A DNA stretch of 64,000 nt, taken from the NCBI GenBank assembly GCA_965203325.1, contig OZ241875.1:3648001-3712000 (forward strand), read 5' to 3'. Below, in pieces: positions 20,438 to 31,414 of this stretch. The first letter of the stretch is position 1. The number at the start of each line of letters is the position of its first letter. The translations under genes were made by a program, and so were the position numbers. This stretch comes from a bacterium. Lineage in GTDB: Bacteria > UBA8248. The notes under the pieces were generated by a model. The model searched no databases, was not told the DNA's origin, and worked only from the letters and a program-made list of their open reading frames with translations.

Positions 20438-21621
20438 TCCATAAACGAATCGACCCCGTCATCTTCTTCATCTCGCTGGGGCTGGTGGCTTTCGGCGTCG
20501 TCATGGTGTTCAGCGCAAGCCATATTCTCGCGTTGGACAGGTACGGCGATGCGTTCTACTTCGTGAAACGCCATGTTCTATGGGCTGTCCTCGGCTTCGC
20601 CTGCATGTTGGCCGTTTCCCAAACGGATCCCCGGCGCCTCCGCAAGATAGCATTTCCCTTGCTGATAGCCTCGGTTCTTGCGCTTTTGATGGTGTTTGCG
20701 CCGGGCATCGGAAAAGAAGCGGGCGGCGCGCGCCGGTGGCTGATGCTGGGTCCCTTCTCCTTTCAGCCGGCCGAAGCCGCAAAACTGGGGTTGGTGATTT
20801 TTCTCGCGCACTTCCTGGCGCTCAAGGGCGAGCGCCTGAACCATTGGTTGTTCGGTTTTCTGCCGCCTGTCGGGTTTGCGGGAATCATTCTGGGTCTCAT
20901 GCTGATTCAGCCGGATTTGGGCACGGCCACCCTGACCGCCGCGGTCGTCGGCGTTTTGTTGTATCTGGCGGGCGCGAGACCGTTTCACCTGGGAGTTTGC
21001 GGGCTCGTGACGGGGTTCGTCCTGGCGGGCATGGTGGTCTTCGCGCCCTGGCGCATGAAGCGGATATTCGCTTTTTGGGATCCCTTCGCCGCGGCGAAAG
21101 GCGCGGGCTATCAGCTCATTCAATCCCTGCTGGCCATCGCGCGGGGCGGTCTGGCGGGTCTCGGCCTGGGCGAGGGCAAGCAAAAACTCTTCTATCTGCC
21201 CGAGCCCCACACGGATTTCATCTACGCGGTCGTGGGCGAGGAGTTGGGCCTCATCGGCGCTCTGTGCGTCGCGGCGGCGTTCGTGGTTCTGCTTTGGCGC
21301 GGCTTCCAGATCGCTGCGCGCTGCGAGGATTTCTTCAGCGCCCTGTTGGCGGCGGGCGTGACCTTTCTGGTCGTCGCGCAGGGTTTTTTGAACATGGCGG
21401 TGGCGGCGGGTCTTCTGCCCACAACGGGCATACCGCTGCCCCTGATCAGTCTGGGCGGCTCGTCTCTGGTGTTTACGCTCATCTCTCTCGGATTGCTGAT
21501 TTCCATCGAATCGTCGCATCACGCTTCCAGGCAGCCAGGACCGGGGAGTCCGCTCGACGCGGCGGCGGGGTGGATTTCACGCGCGCGCAGGCCGTTCCTC
21601 CGCAGGAGGACGCGCTCATGA
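20434..21621 (+). CDS. ftsW: SEDS peptidoglycan polymerase FtsW
   Basis: GARRW, FQPAE.AK, QPDLG, YLPEPHTDFI, EELG, G..LP.IS.GGSS. Confidence 0.95.
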   Translation: MIHKRIDPVIFFISLGLVAFGVVMVFSASHILALDRYGDAFYFVKRHVLWAVLGFACMLAVSQTDPRRLRKIAFPLLIASVLALLMVFAPGIGKEAGGARRWLMLGPFSFQPAEAAKLGLVIFLAHFLALKGERLNHWLFGFLPPVGFAGIILGLMLIQPDLGTATLTAAVVGVLLYLAGARPFHLGVCGLVTGFVLAGMVVFAPWRMKRIFAFWDPFAAAKGAGYQLIQSLLAIARGGLAGLGLGEGKQKLFYLPEPHTDFIYAVVGEELGLIGALCVAAAFVVLLWRGFQIAARCEDFFSALLAAGVTFLVVAQGFLNMAVAAGLLPTTGIPLPLISLGGSSLVFTLISLGLLISIESSHHASRQPGPGSPLDAAAGWISRARRPFLRRRTRS

Positions 21622-22703
21622 GACTCCTCGTAGCGGGCGGAGGCACAGGTGGACACCTGTATCCGGGCATTGCGGTGGCCAGGGTTTGGCTGGCGGACGG
21701 GGAGGCGAACGAGGTTTTGTTCGTGGGCACCGAACGCGGGGTCGAGGCCAGGGTGCTGTCTCGTGAGAACCTGCCGTTTCAGGCGATTTCCTCCGCCGGC
21801 GTGCTGGGACGCTCGGTCGGCCAGAGGGCCGGGGCGATGCTCAAGGTGAGTTATGGATTCTGCCAGGCGATGGGAATTATCCGGCGCTTTCGCCCCCATG
21901 TCGTTTTGGGAGTCGGGGGCTATTCCAGCGTTCCCTCGGTCGCCGCGGCGGGGCTTTGGAGAAAACCGGTTGTCCTGATCGAGCAAAACGTCGTTCCCGG
22001 CTTGGCGAACCGCATGCTCTCGCGCTTTGCTTCTAAAGTCGCCGTGGGCCTGCCCGTACGCGACGCCGGTTTCGCGCGCGGGAAAATCGTCGAGACGGGT
22101 CTGCCGCTAAGAGGCGAGTTTTCAGAAAGTTTCGAACGAGGGGAGGATTCCTGGAACGGGCCTTTGAAGGTGCTCGTATTCGGCGGGAGCCAGGGAGCGC
22201 GGGCCATCAACGAAGCGGTGATGAAGGCGCTGCCCCTCATGGGCGATGCGCTCGAAAGAATGCGGTTCGTTCACCAGACGGGAGAGGCGGACTTCACCCG
22301 CGTGCAGGCGGCCTATCAGGAAGTCGGCGCGCAGGCGCACGTGGCGCCTTATCTCTACGACATGGCGGAGCGCTATCGCTGGGCTCAGGTGTGTTTCTCG
22401 CGCGCGGGCGCGATGAGCGTAGCGGAATTGTCCGCCATGTCGCTTCCCGCCGTGTTGATTCCGTTTCCAAGCGCCACCCACGGGCATCAGGAGGCGAACG
22501 CCCGCTATCTCGCCGAACGCGAGGCGGCGCGCATGATACTTCAAGAAGACTTGAGCGGCCGGGTTCTGGCGGATATCTGGCTCGAATACGAGGCGGAGCG
22601 CGGAAAGCTCGTCTCCATGTCGGAGCGCACGAAATCCCTGGCCCGCGCGAACGCCTCCGAAGCGGTGGCCGCCTTGTGCCGTGAGCAGGCGATGGCGGCG
22701 TGA
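21618..22703 (+). CDS. murG: Lipid II GlcNAc transferase
   Basis: GGGTGGHLYPG, GGY, EQN..PG.AN, GGSQGA, RAGA, HQE.NA. Confidence 0.96.
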   Translation: MRLLVAGGGTGGHLYPGIAVARVWLADGEANEVLFVGTERGVEARVLSRENLPFQAISSAGVLGRSVGQRAGAMLKVSYGFCQAMGIIRRFRPHVVLGVGGYSSVPSVAAAGLWRKPVVLIEQNVVPGLANRMLSRFASKVAVGLPVRDAGFARGKIVETGLPLRGEFSESFERGEDSWNGPLKVLVFGGSQGARAINEAVMKALPLMGDALERMRFVHQTGEADFTRVQAAYQEVGAQAHVAPYLYDMAERYRWAQVCFSRAGAMSVAELSAMSLPAVLIPFPSATHGHQEANARYLAEREAARMILQEDLSGRVLADIWLEYEAERGKLVSMSERTKSLARANASEAVAALCREQAMAA

Positions 22704-22752
22704 TGAGGAAAGGAGCCCGAGAGTGATAGCGCGACCATACGCCACGCACGCC

Positions 22753-24153
22753 ATGTTCAGGCACTCGAGCCGCGTTCATTTCGTGGGCATCGGCGGGACG
22801 GGCATGTGCGGCATCGCCGAGGTCTTACTGAACCTGGGCTATGAGATCAGCGGCTCGGACATCGCGAGCAACGAGGCGATATTCAGGCTGCGCGGCCTGG
22901 GCGCGAAGGTGGTCCTCGGGCACAAAAAGGAAAACGTGGCGGGAGTGGACGTTCTGGTCTACAGCTCGGCGGTTACGGGCGACAACGTGGAAGTCGCCGA
23001 AGCGAGGCGGCGGAAAATCCCCGTCATCAAGCGCGCGGAGATGTTGTCCGAACTCATGCGCATGAAATACAGCATCGGCGTCGCAGGGACGCACGGCAAG
23101 ACGACCACCACGTCGTTCATCGCGGCGGCCCTGGCGGCAGGCGGACTCGACCCCACTGTCGTCGTGGGCGGACGCATCAACGCCCTGGGTTCGAACGCGA
23201 GAATGGGCGGGGGCGCGTATCTGGTGGCGGAGGCCGATGAGAGTGACGGCACGTTCCTGAGGCTCACGCCCACGATAGCGATCGTGACGAACATCGACGA
23301 GGAGCATCTCGATTTCTATGAGAATTACGACGCCATCAAGACCGCGTTCCTGGAGTTCGTGAACAAGGTTCCTTTTTATGGCTTTTCGGTGTTGTGCCTG
23401 GATCACCCCGCCGTTCAGGAGATCATCCCCCGCGTGGAGAAGCAGTTCTTCACCTATGGGTTCGGCACCCAGGCGGATTATGTGGGCGAGGAATTCCGCT
23501 ACGAAAACGGTGAGGCGGTCTTCGGCGTCAAACGAGGCGGAGAACGCCTCGGCGAGATTCGCCTCCTCATGCCCGGACGCCACAACGCGGACAACGCCCT
23601 GGCCGCCGCCGCCGTCTCGATGGAGCTCGACGTACCCTTTGCGGACATCCAAAGAGGTCTCCACGAGTTTGACGGCATCGGCCGCCGCCTCGAGCGGGTC
23701 GGAGAGGCGTCGGGCGTCACGATCTTCGATGACTACGGGCACCACCCGCAAGAGATCAAGGTCACGCTCCGCGCCGTTCGCGAAGCCTGGCCGGAGAACC
23801 GCCTGGTGGTGTTGTTTCAGCCGCATCGCTTCACGAGAACGCATCATCTCGAAGAGGCCTTCCACACCGCTTTTTACGATGCCGACAGGGTGATCGTCGC
23901 GCCCATATACGCCGCCGGCGAGGCGCCCATCGAGGGGGTGAACTCGGAAAGACTCGCAGAGGGCATCCGGGCACATGGCCATAGAAGCTGCGATGTGGTG
24001 GATGGCCTGGAGGACGCCTCGGATCGTTTGTTCGAGGAGGTGCGCGGCGGCGACATCGTTCTCACGCTCGGCGCGGGCGACGTCTGGGAGGCGGGCCGGG
24101 AGTTGCTCGGAAGACTCGAGCGCAGCGCCCGCGAATCAGAGGAAGCGGTATGA
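22753..24153 (+). CDS. murC: UDP-MurNAc:L-Ala ligase
   Basis: HFVGIGG.GM, AGTHGKTTTT, EADESD, DDYGHHP, FQPHR. Confidence 0.97.
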   Translation: MFRHSSRVHFVGIGGTGMCGIAEVLLNLGYEISGSDIASNEAIFRLRGLGAKVVLGHKKENVAGVDVLVYSSAVTGDNVEVAEARRRKIPVIKRAEMLSELMRMKYSIGVAGTHGKTTTTSFIAAALAAGGLDPTVVVGGRINALGSNARMGGGAYLVAEADESDGTFLRLTPTIAIVTNIDEEHLDFYENYDAIKTAFLEFVNKVPFYGFSVLCLDHPAVQEIIPRVEKQFFTYGFGTQADYVGEEFRYENGEAVFGVKRGGERLGEIRLLMPGRHNADNALAAAAVSMELDVPFADIQRGLHEFDGIGRRLERVGEASGVTIFDDYGHHPQEIKVTLRAVREAWPENRLVVLFQPHRFTRTHHLEEAFHTAFYDADRVIVAPIYAAGEAPIEGVNSERLAEGIRAHGHRSCDVVDGLEDASDRLFEEVRGGDIVLTLGAGDVWEAGRELLGRLERSARESEEAV

Positions 24154-25103
24154 GGGTCGGGGCGGCGGAGGAAGTCATGACGCTGGAGATGGCGGAAAAG
24201 CTGAGAGATCTCGATTGCGAGATTCTTTTCGATGAAATGCTGGCGCCATACACCACGTTTCAGGTGGGCGGCCCGGCGGACGCCCTCGCGCTGCCCGAGA
24301 CGGAAGACGAGCTGGTGGAGTTGATCGAGAGATGCCGGCACGAGGCGTTGCCGGTGACGGTTCTGGGCGGCGGCGCCAACACCCTGGTGCGCGACGGAGG
24401 TGTTCGCGGGGTGGTGGTCGCTTTCCCCAGGGCTTTCAGGGGAATCGAAGTGGTCGAGGAGAGCACAGAGCGCGTACTGCTGGAAGCCCGCGCTGGGGAG
24501 AAGATTCCAACGCTGGTGCGCTTCGCCGCCGAGCGCGGCTGGGCGGGAACGGAATGTCTGGCGGGGGTTCCCGGTACGGTGGGAGGAGCGCTGGCCATGA
24601 ACGCGGGCACAGCCGAATCATACATCGAAGACGCCGTGGAGAGCGTTCGCTGGATGCCCCTGGATGGGGGTGTTCCCGAGTGGCTCCCTGCGAAGGAATT
24701 GCGTTTCTCATACCGGCGCGCCGAGTTGCCGGCACCGGGCGTGGTGTTGTCCGTCCGCTTCTCGCTCCGGCCGGCGGACGCCGGTGCGTTGCGTGAGCAA
24801 TTGAGACGAAGCGCCGTCCAAAGGCGGGAGCGCCAGCCCTGGGGGGTGCCCTGTGCGGGTTCCATATTCAAGAATCCGCCCGGCGAGCGCGCGGGCGTGC
24901 TCATCGAATCGGCGGGCCTCAAGGGGATGCGCGTCGGCGGCGCGCAGGTAAGCGAGGTGCACGGGAATTTCATGGTGAATCTCGGTGGGGCTACTGCGGC
25001 GGACGTTCTGGCGCTCATCGACAAAGTGAAAAGAACGATTCTGGAGGAAAAGGGCGTCGAGTTGGCCCTGGAGTTGAACGTCACCGGGGAGGACCCGGCG
25101 TGA
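24150..25103 (+). CDS. murB: UDP-N-acetylenolpyruvoylglucosamine reductase
   Basis: T.F.VGGPA, LGGG.N.LV.D, PGTVGGA..MNAG, AGS.FKNP, HGNF.VN. Confidence 0.95.
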   Translation: MRVGAAEEVMTLEMAEKLRDLDCEILFDEMLAPYTTFQVGGPADALALPETEDELVELIERCRHEALPVTVLGGGANTLVRDGGVRGVVVAFPRAFRGIEVVEESTERVLLEARAGEKIPTLVRFAAERGWAGTECLAGVPGTVGGALAMNAGTAESYIEDAVESVRWMPLDGGVPEWLPAKELRFSYRRAELPAPGVVLSVRFSLRPADAGALREQLRRSAVQRRERQPWGVPCAGSIFKNPPGERAGVLIESAGLKGMRVGGAQVSEVHGNFMVNLGGATAADVLALIDKVKRTILEEKGVELALELNVTGEDPA

Positions 25104-26014
25104 AGCGTTTATCGTTCAGGTGGAGAGGGAAAGCCGAGGGCCGGGAAGTATTCCTGAACCTCGCCCAAACGGCCGAACATCCCCGAATCGTCCGAAAAAG
25201 AGTCAGGCGAGGCGGCAAGAAAAGAGTCAGGCGAGGCGGGAAAGAAAGAAGGGGCGGAAACTGGATATGGCCTGCAATCGGTTTTTTGGTTTTCGTGGAG
25301 GTGCTTCTCCTGGGCGGGCACGCGGTCCGGTGGGCGAGGAGCAGCAGCCATTTCGAGTTGAGCAAGGTGGTGGTGACGGGACACCGGACACTCCGGACCG
25401 CGGATATCAAAAAGCTCCTGGAGATCGAGCCGGGGACGAACATATTCGAAGCCGATTTGGCGGCCGTTCGCGAGCGCGTGGCCTCTCATCCATGGATAAA
25501 AAGCGCGAGCGTGCGCATGCGTCCGCCCCATTTCCTTGAGGTCGATATCCTCGAGCGCAAACCCGCAGCTCTCATCATGGGCGATGAAACTCTCGTGGTG
25601 GATGAAGACGGCGTCGTGCTCAGTAAGTCTATGACCCCGCTCGCGGGATGCCTGCCCATGGTCGAGGGATTCGGCCCGCGTCGTTGGCGCCCGGGCGACG
25701 TGGTTCGCGACCCGCGTCTGGCGAGTTCCATAGAGGCGGTTTTTTTATTCCAGGATTCGTCGGTGATCCGCGGCGAGTGCATTTCCGTCCGAAACACAGG
25801 ATCGGGTCAACTCCGGCTTCGCGCCCTGGAGGGAAAAGTAGAACTTATGGTCAGTGAAGAGAGGATGGAGAGTCAGGCCGGTCGGCTCCGGGCCGTTTCG
25901 GACGACGTTCTCCGCCAGGAGAAATTTGGAGCGGGCGGCCTGCAGTTTGATCTCAGATTTCCCGGCAGGGTGATCGTTCGGCCGCTCGCAAAGGATGGAG
26001 GGAGGATAGGATGA
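25100..26014 (+). CDS. ftsQ: Cell division protein FtsQ/DivIB
   Basis: Basic N-terminus, one TM, POTRA domain (PWI..A.V...P..L.V.I.ER.P), C-terminal DLRF; upstream of ftsA. Confidence 0.85.
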   Translation: MKRLSFRWRGKAEGREVFLNLAQTAEHPRIVRKRVRRGGKKRVRRGGKERRGGNWIWPAIGFLVFVEVLLLGGHAVRWARSSSHFELSKVVVTGHRTLRTADIKKLLEIEPGTNIFEADLAAVRERVASHPWIKSASVRMRPPHFLEVDILERKPAALIMGDETLVVDEDGVVLSKSMTPLAGCLPMVEGFGPRRWRPGDVVRDPRLASSIEAVFLFQDSSVIRGECISVRNTGSGQLRLRALEGKVELMVSEERMESQAGRLRAVSDDVLRQEKFGAGGLQFDLRFPGRVIVRPLAKDGGRIG

Positions 26015-27252
26015 GCAAACATGGCGATGTGCTGGTGGGTCTGGACATCGGCACCTCGAAAATCTGTGTGGTCGTGGCCGAAGTGAACGAGGACGGTTCT
26101 CTGGAAATCGTAGGTTTGGGGAAAACCCCCTCGAAAGGGCTCAACCGGGGTTCGGTGGTGAACATCGACCAGACGGTGGAGTCGGTTCAAACGGCGGTGG
26201 GAGAGGCGGAGTTCATCAGCGGCTCGCCCATTCGCTCCGCATTCGTCGGCGTGGCGGGGGGGCACATCCGCAGTTTCAACACCAACGGTATCGTGGCCAT
26301 CAAGAACAAGATTGTCACGCAAGAGGACATTGATCGCGTCGTCGAGCAGGCGCGCGCGGTCACGATGCCGACGGATCACGAAATCATCCATGTGCTTCCG
26401 CAAGAATATATCGTCGACGATCAGGAGGGTGTCACCGAGCCCGCCGGAATGGCGGGCGTTCGCCTGGAGTGCAAGGTCCACGTCGTGACGGGCGCGATTC
26501 CCGCGATCCAGAACATCACCCGCAGCGTCGAGAGGGCGGGCCTGAACGTCGAGCGCCTGGTGCTTCAACCTTTCGCCTCCTCGCTGGCCGCGCTGAGCGA
26601 AGATGAGCGCGATCTGGGCGTGGCCGTCGTGGATATCGGGAGCGGCACGGCGGACGTCGCCGTCATCAGCGGGGGCGCGCTGCGCTATTCAGCCGTCATT
26701 CCCGTGGGTGGCAGCCACATCACGAGGGATATGGCGATAGGGTTGCGTACGCCGGACTACCAGGCCGAGAGAATCAAGCAGGAACACGGCTGCGCCCTGG
26801 CCGCCCGTGTGTCGAGCGATGAGGAGATCGAAGTGCCCAGCGTCGGGGGCCGTCCGCCGCGCGTGTTGAGCCGGCAGATGCTCGCCGAGATCATCGAACC
26901 ACGGATGGAGGAGATATTGACGCTCATCCGCCGCGAGATCCAGAAAAGCGGCATGGAGGATCTCCTGCCCGCCGGCGTTGTGCTCACGGGCGGGGCGAGC
27001 ATCATCGAGGGCGCCGATGAATTGGCCGAAAACGTGCTTCAGCTGCCGGTGAGGCTGGGCGTTCCCGGCGGTATCGGCGGGCTGGTGGACATGGTCAACG
27101 GGCCCATGTACTCCACCGCCGTGGGCCTCGTGATTTACGCCATGAAAACGAACGCCACGAGACGCCGCGGTCTCGTGAACGGGACATCGAATGGTCCCAT
27201 TCGTCAAACAACACAAAAAATCCGCCATGTTTTAGCTAGTGTATTCAAATGA
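26011..27252 (+). CDS. ftsA: Cell division protein FtsA
   Basis: [27 protein letters not shown]. Confidence 0.97.
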   Translation: MSKHGDVLVGLDIGTSKICVVVAEVNEDGSLEIVGLGKTPSKGLNRGSVVNIDQTVESVQTAVGEAEFISGSPIRSAFVGVAGGHIRSFNTNGIVAIKNKIVTQEDIDRVVEQARAVTMPTDHEIIHVLPQEYIVDDQEGVTEPAGMAGVRLECKVHVVTGAIPAIQNITRSVERAGLNVERLVLQPFASSLAALSEDERDLGVAVVDIGSGTADVAVISGGALRYSAVIPVGGSHITRDMAIGLRTPDYQAERIKQEHGCALAARVSSDEEIEVPSVGGRPPRVLSRQMLAEIIEPRMEEILTLIRREIQKSGMEDLLPAGVVLTGGASIIEGADELAENVLQLPVRLGVPGGIGGLVDMVNGPMYSTAVGLVIYAMKTNATRRRGLVNGTSNGPIRQTTQKIRHVLASVFK

Positions 27253-27299
27253 TCGCAAGGGGGAGCGAGGAGCGCTTCCCGGGATCGAAGGGGGGGAGA

Positions 27300-28448
27300 A
27301 TGAGTAATACGACGTTTTTCACATTGGAGCAGGAAGCGCCGTGCAGCGCGAGAATCGCGGTCGTCGGCGTAGGAGGCGGCGGAGGCAACGCCGTCAACAC
27401 CATGATTTCAGCGGGCATGGAAGGTGTTCAATTCGTGGCCGCGAACACGGATTCCCAGGTCTTGGAGCGTTCTCTCGCGTCCGAGAAAATCCAGCTCGGC
27501 CAGGAGTTGACGAACGGGCTGGGGGCCGGCGGGAACCCCGAAATCGGCAGGAAAGCCGCTCTGGAGGACACCGAGCGTCTCTCGGAATTCATGCACAATC
27601 TCGAGATGGTGTTCGTCACCGCGGGCATGGGCGGTGGTACGGGCACGGGCGCCGCTCCCGTCATCGCGCGCGTCGCAAAAGAGGCGGGGGTGTTGACGGT
27701 GGGCGTCGTCACCAAGCCGTTCGAGTTCGAGGGTCCTCGCCGGATGAGTCAGGCCGACGAGGGCATCGAGGAGCTGCGCGACGCCGTGAACACGCTCATC
27801 ACCATCCCCAACCAGCGTCTCCTGGGCATGGTCGAACGCTCCACGCCGATGATGGAGGCTTTCCAGAAGGCGAACAACGTCTTGCTGCAGGCGTGCAAGG
27901 GAATCGCCGACCTCATCACCACGCCCGGTTTGATCAATCTCGATTTCGCCGACGTGCGCACCATCATGCGCGACATGGGCGGCAAGGCCCTGATGGGCAG
28001 CGGCACGGGTCAGGGCGAGAATCGCGCCGTCATCGCCGCGCAAAACGCCATCAACAGCCCCCTGCTCGAAGAAGGGACCATCGAGGGCTCCCGGGGCGTG
28101 CTCATCAACATCAGCGGCGGCGCGGACCTTTCGCTCTACGAAGTGAACGAGGCCTGCAAACTCGTCCACGAAAAAGCGCACCAGGAGGCAAACATCATAT
28201 TCGGTTCGGTAATTGACGCGAACCTGGACAACCAGATTCGCGTGACCGTCATCGCGACGGGCTTCGGGCGGGAATCGATTCGCGAAGTGCCGCCGCTGGA
28301 ATCGGAAGCCACGGGTACCGAGGGCGGAAAAATATCGGTGCCCGCGTATATCCGCCTGAAAAACACCAAGACGCCCGCCGGCATCCCGGACAATCTGGAG
28401 GATGACGATCTGGACGTGCCCACATTCCTGCGCAAGCAGGTTGACTAA
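27300..28448 (+). CDS. ftsZ: Cell division protein FtsZ
   Basis: [26 protein letters not shown]-terminal [10 protein letters not shown]. Confidence 0.98.
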   Translation: MSNTTFFTLEQEAPCSARIAVVGVGGGGGNAVNTMISAGMEGVQFVAANTDSQVLERSLASEKIQLGQELTNGLGAGGNPEIGRKAALEDTERLSEFMHNLEMVFVTAGMGGGTGTGAAPVIARVAKEAGVLTVGVVTKPFEFEGPRRMSQADEGIEELRDAVNTLITIPNQRLLGMVERSTPMMEAFQKANNVLLQACKGIADLITTPGLINLDFADVRTIMRDMGGKALMGSGTGQGENRAVIAAQNAINSPLLEEGTIEGSRGVLINISGGADLSLYEVNEACKLVHEKAHQEANIIFGSVIDANLDNQIRVTVIATGFGRESIREVPPLESEATGTEGGKISVPAYIRLKNTKTPAGIPDNLEDDDLDVPTFLRKQVD

Positions 28449-28667
28449 TCCCCCCCACGTCGTTTGGTAGAGGGGGCCTCTCTCGATCCTGACGACGCAT
28501 TCCCCATGGACGCGACTGGGGGAGAGCATTCTCCCCCAGCCCCGCCTTTCTCGGTGGCGTGGGCCCGTTTCTTGTGGCGTCACGCGCCTCTCCTTATAAT
28601 GAGCGCGGAGCAAGGAGATTGATTCAAGGATGTTGGATGATTTCCCGTCGTCCGGGATGGATTGCGG

Positions 28668-29465
28668 ATGAATTCTTTGGAGCGCCACGAATCCGGCGGC
28701 GTTGAATTTCTCAGTTCACCTTTGCTCGAAGAACTCGATTGCCTGCGTCACGGGTTCAGCACCCGAAGGGGTGGGGTGAGCGAGGGCCGCTTCCGATCGC
28801 TCAACCTCGGGCGGGCCAGGGGGGAAGCCCCCGAAAACGTAGCGGAAAACAGAAGGCGTTTTTTTCGAGCCGCCGATTTTCCGGCGGGACGCCTGGTGGA
28901 AGTGAAGCAGGTTCACGGGTGCGACGTTCTCGTGGCCGAGCGCGTCTCCCCGGATGAAAAAGCGTGCGGCGACGCGCTGATCACGAACGTTACGGGCTTA
29001 GGGCTGGCGGTTCAGACGGCGGATTGTATTCCCGTGCTCATCGCAGACGCCCGGAAAATCGCCGTTGCCGCCGTTCACGCGGGGCGCAAGGGGATAGCCA
29101 GCGGCGTTTTGCCCGCGACCATCGAAAGGATGCGGGAGGAATACGGCTGTGATCCCCGGGATATGCGGGCCGTCCTCGGCCCCGCCATTTCCGGGAATCG
29201 CTACGAGGTGGGCGAGGAGTGTTTGCCGCCTTTTCGCGAACGGCACCGAAACTGGGGAGATTTCGCCACGCCCCTGGGAGGGGGCAAGTGGCTGCTGGAC
29301 CTCCCCCTGGCGGCGAGGTCTCAGTTGGCCTCGGCGGGGGTTCCCGAAAGCCGAATCGGCGCGCCGGGGCCTTGCACGTTTTCTGAATCATCGAGATTTT
29401 TCTCCTACCGCCGCGACGGGCCGCCCACGGGAAGGTTGCTTTCGGCGATATGGATAGGAGCGTGA
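28668..29465 (+). CDS. pgeF: Peptidoglycan editing factor PgeF/YfiH
   Basis: HGFSTR.GG, QVHG, TADC.P, HAG..G, FFSYRR. Confidence 0.93.
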   Translation: MNSLERHESGGVEFLSSPLLEELDCLRHGFSTRRGGVSEGRFRSLNLGRARGEAPENVAENRRRFFRAADFPAGRLVEVKQVHGCDVLVAERVSPDEKACGDALITNVTGLGLAVQTADCIPVLIADARKIAVAAVHAGRKGIASGVLPATIERMREEYGCDPRDMRAVLGPAISGNRYEVGEECLPPFRERHRNWGDFATPLGGGKWLLDLPLAARSQLASAGVPESRIGAPGPCTFSESSRFFSYRRDGPPTGRLLSAIWIGA

Positions 29466-29473
29466 GGCAAGCG

Positions 29474-30178
29474 GTGAGTAATATCGGGCAGCGATACGAG
29501 ATGGTGAAAGAACGCGTGGCGGACGCGGCTGTGGCCAGCGGCCGCAACCCGGACGATATCCGCCTTCTGGCCGTGAGCAAGACCCAGCCCCCCGAGCGCG
29601 TGGTCGAGGCCATCGAGGCGGGCGTCGATATTATCGGGGAGAACCGCGTGCAGGAAGCCCAGGGGAAGAGGGGCGAGATAGACCCTGAAATCGCGGGCAG
29701 GGCGAGGTGGCACCTCATCGGCAGCCTGCAAAGGAACAAGGCCCGCGCCGTGCCCGGGCTGTTCGACGTGGTGGAATCCGTCGATTCTCTCGCCTTGGCG
29801 CGCGAGTTGAGCAAGCGCGTTACCCGCGGAGGGGAAGACCCCCTGGACGTGTTCATCCAGGTGAATACCGGGGGGGAAGCCCAGAAGGGAGGGGTTTCCC
29901 CGGCGGATGCGATGACGCTCGTGCGGGAAGCCTCCGATCTGGAAGCCTTGCGAGTGGTCGGCTTGATGTGCATTCCTCCCCTGGGGCGGGAGGCGGAGGA
30001 GAGCCGTCCCCACTTCGAGTTGTTGAGGAAATTGAGAGACGAGGCCCAAGACGCCGGGTTCTCCGGCGTCCGGGAGTTGTCGATGGGCATGTCGAACGAC
30101 TTCGAAGTCGCGGTAGCCGAGGGAGCGACGCTCGTCCGCATCGGCACGGCGATTTTCGGGCCGAGGGGAACGAACTGA
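29474..30178 (+). CDS. yggS: PLP homeostasis protein
   Basis: LAVSK, GENRVQE, WHLIG.LQ.NK, GLM..P, LSMGMS.D, GAT.VRIG; start uncertain (29450-29474). Confidence 0.94.
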   Translation: MSNIGQRYEMVKERVADAAVASGRNPDDIRLLAVSKTQPPERVVEAIEAGVDIIGENRVQEAQGKRGEIDPEIAGRARWHLIGSLQRNKARAVPGLFDVVESVDSLALARELSKRVTRGGEDPLDVFIQVNTGGEAQKGGVSPADAMTLVREASDLEALRVVGLMCIPPLGREAEESRPHFELLRKLRDEAQDAGFSGVRELSMGMSNDFEVAVAEGATLVRIGTAIFGPRGTN

Positions 30179-30271
30179 GGCGAATTTGAATCAGGCCAAT
30201 CATTTCAGTAGGATGGGCTGGTTCCGGCGTTCGGAGCGATTTGGAACCCACTTTCGGAAGGTATATAGATT

Positions 30272-31078
30272 ATGGCGGAAATCCTTGTAGTCGGTGGCGG
30301 CAACATGGGCGAAGCGCTCGCCATGGGCATGGTGAATTCCGCCTATGCGAAAGTCGATGAGGTCGTCATCGCGGAACCCCTGGCAGAGCGCGCCGCGTAT
30401 CTCGGAAAAACGTCGGGTTTTCAGGTCGTGTCCGACGGGGCGGAGGCGGCTCCCGAGGCGCAAAAGGTGGTGGTCGCCGTGAAACCGCAGGTGCTGGACG
30501 CCGTTCTGGAAGGGCTTAAACACGCCCTGGCGCACCGCCCGCTCCTGATTTCCGTCGTTGCGGGCGCGCCCACGAGCCGGTTCACGGGAATTTTGGGCGA
30601 TGAGGCGCGCATCGTCCGCGTCATGCCGAACACCCCCGCCCTCGTGGGAGAAGGCGCCGCGGGGTTGTGCGCGGGCGGCGGGGCGTCGGAGGCGGACCTG
30701 TCGCAAGCGAAGCAGCTTCTCGAGTCCGTGGGCAAGGCGGTGATTCTGCCCGAATCGTTGATGGACGCCGTGACGGGATTGTCGGGCAGCGGCCCCGCGT
30801 ACGTCTTTCAGTTCATCGAGGCGCTGGCGGACGGCGGTGTGAGGGCGGGTCTGCCGCGCGAGGAGGCGATGCTGCTGGCGGCCCAAACCGTTTTGGGCTC
30901 CGCGCGGATGCTTATTGAGACGGGAGAGCATCCGGGCCGCCTGAAGGACATGGTGGCCTCGCCCGGGGGAACGACCATCGCCGGCTTGCATGCGCTCGAA
31001 AACGGAGGGCTTCGCTCCGCCGTCATGGACGCCGTGAACGCCGCCGCGCGCAGGAGCGAGGAGTTGGGCCGTGGCTAG
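30272..31078 (+). CDS. proC: Pyrroline-5-carboxylate reductase
   Basis: GGGNMG, AVKPQ, RVMPNTP, SGSGPAY, SPGGTT. Confidence 0.96.
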   Translation: MAEILVVGGGNMGEALAMGMVNSAYAKVDEVVIAEPLAERAAYLGKTSGFQVVSDGAEAAPEAQKVVVAVKPQVLDAVLEGLKHALAHRPLLISVVAGAPTSRFTGILGDEARIVRVMPNTPALVGEGAAGLCAGGGASEADLSQAKQLLESVGKAVILPESLMDAVTGLSGSGPAYVFQFIEALADGGVRAGLPREEAMLLAAQTVLGSARMLIETGEHPGRLKDMVASPGGTTIAGLHALENGGLRSAVMDAVNAAARRSEELGRG

Positions 31079-31105
31079 CCCGTTTTTTCAACCGGGGGTT
31101 CAATC

Positions 31106-31402
31106 GTGTTCTTGATATCGAATTTCATGCACGGAATCGGCGTCATTCTCAGCTACGTGCTCACCATCTACATCTGGATCATCATCATTCGTGCATTGTT
31201 GTCGTGGGTGAATCCCGACCCTTACAACCCGATAGTCCAGATATTGTATCGTCTGACGGAGCCGGTGCTGGCTCCCGTGCGCTACCGGATGCCGGATATC
31301 GGGGGCATCGATGCGAGTCCGATCGTGGTTTTGTTGATCATATTCTTTTTGCAAACTTTCCTGGTTCAAAGTATCTTTGACCTGGCAAGCATGCTGCGCT
31401 GA
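31106..31402 (+). CDS. yggT: YggT family membrane protein
   Basis: LLSWVNPDPYNPIV...LTEP, GIDASP. Confidence 0.92.
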   Translation: MFLISNFMHGIGVILSYVLTIYIWIIIIRALLSWVNPDPYNPIVQILYRLTEPVLAPVRYRMPDIGGIDASPIVVLLIIFFLQTFLVQSIFDLASMLR

Positions 31403-31414
31403 TTTTCACGGGGG

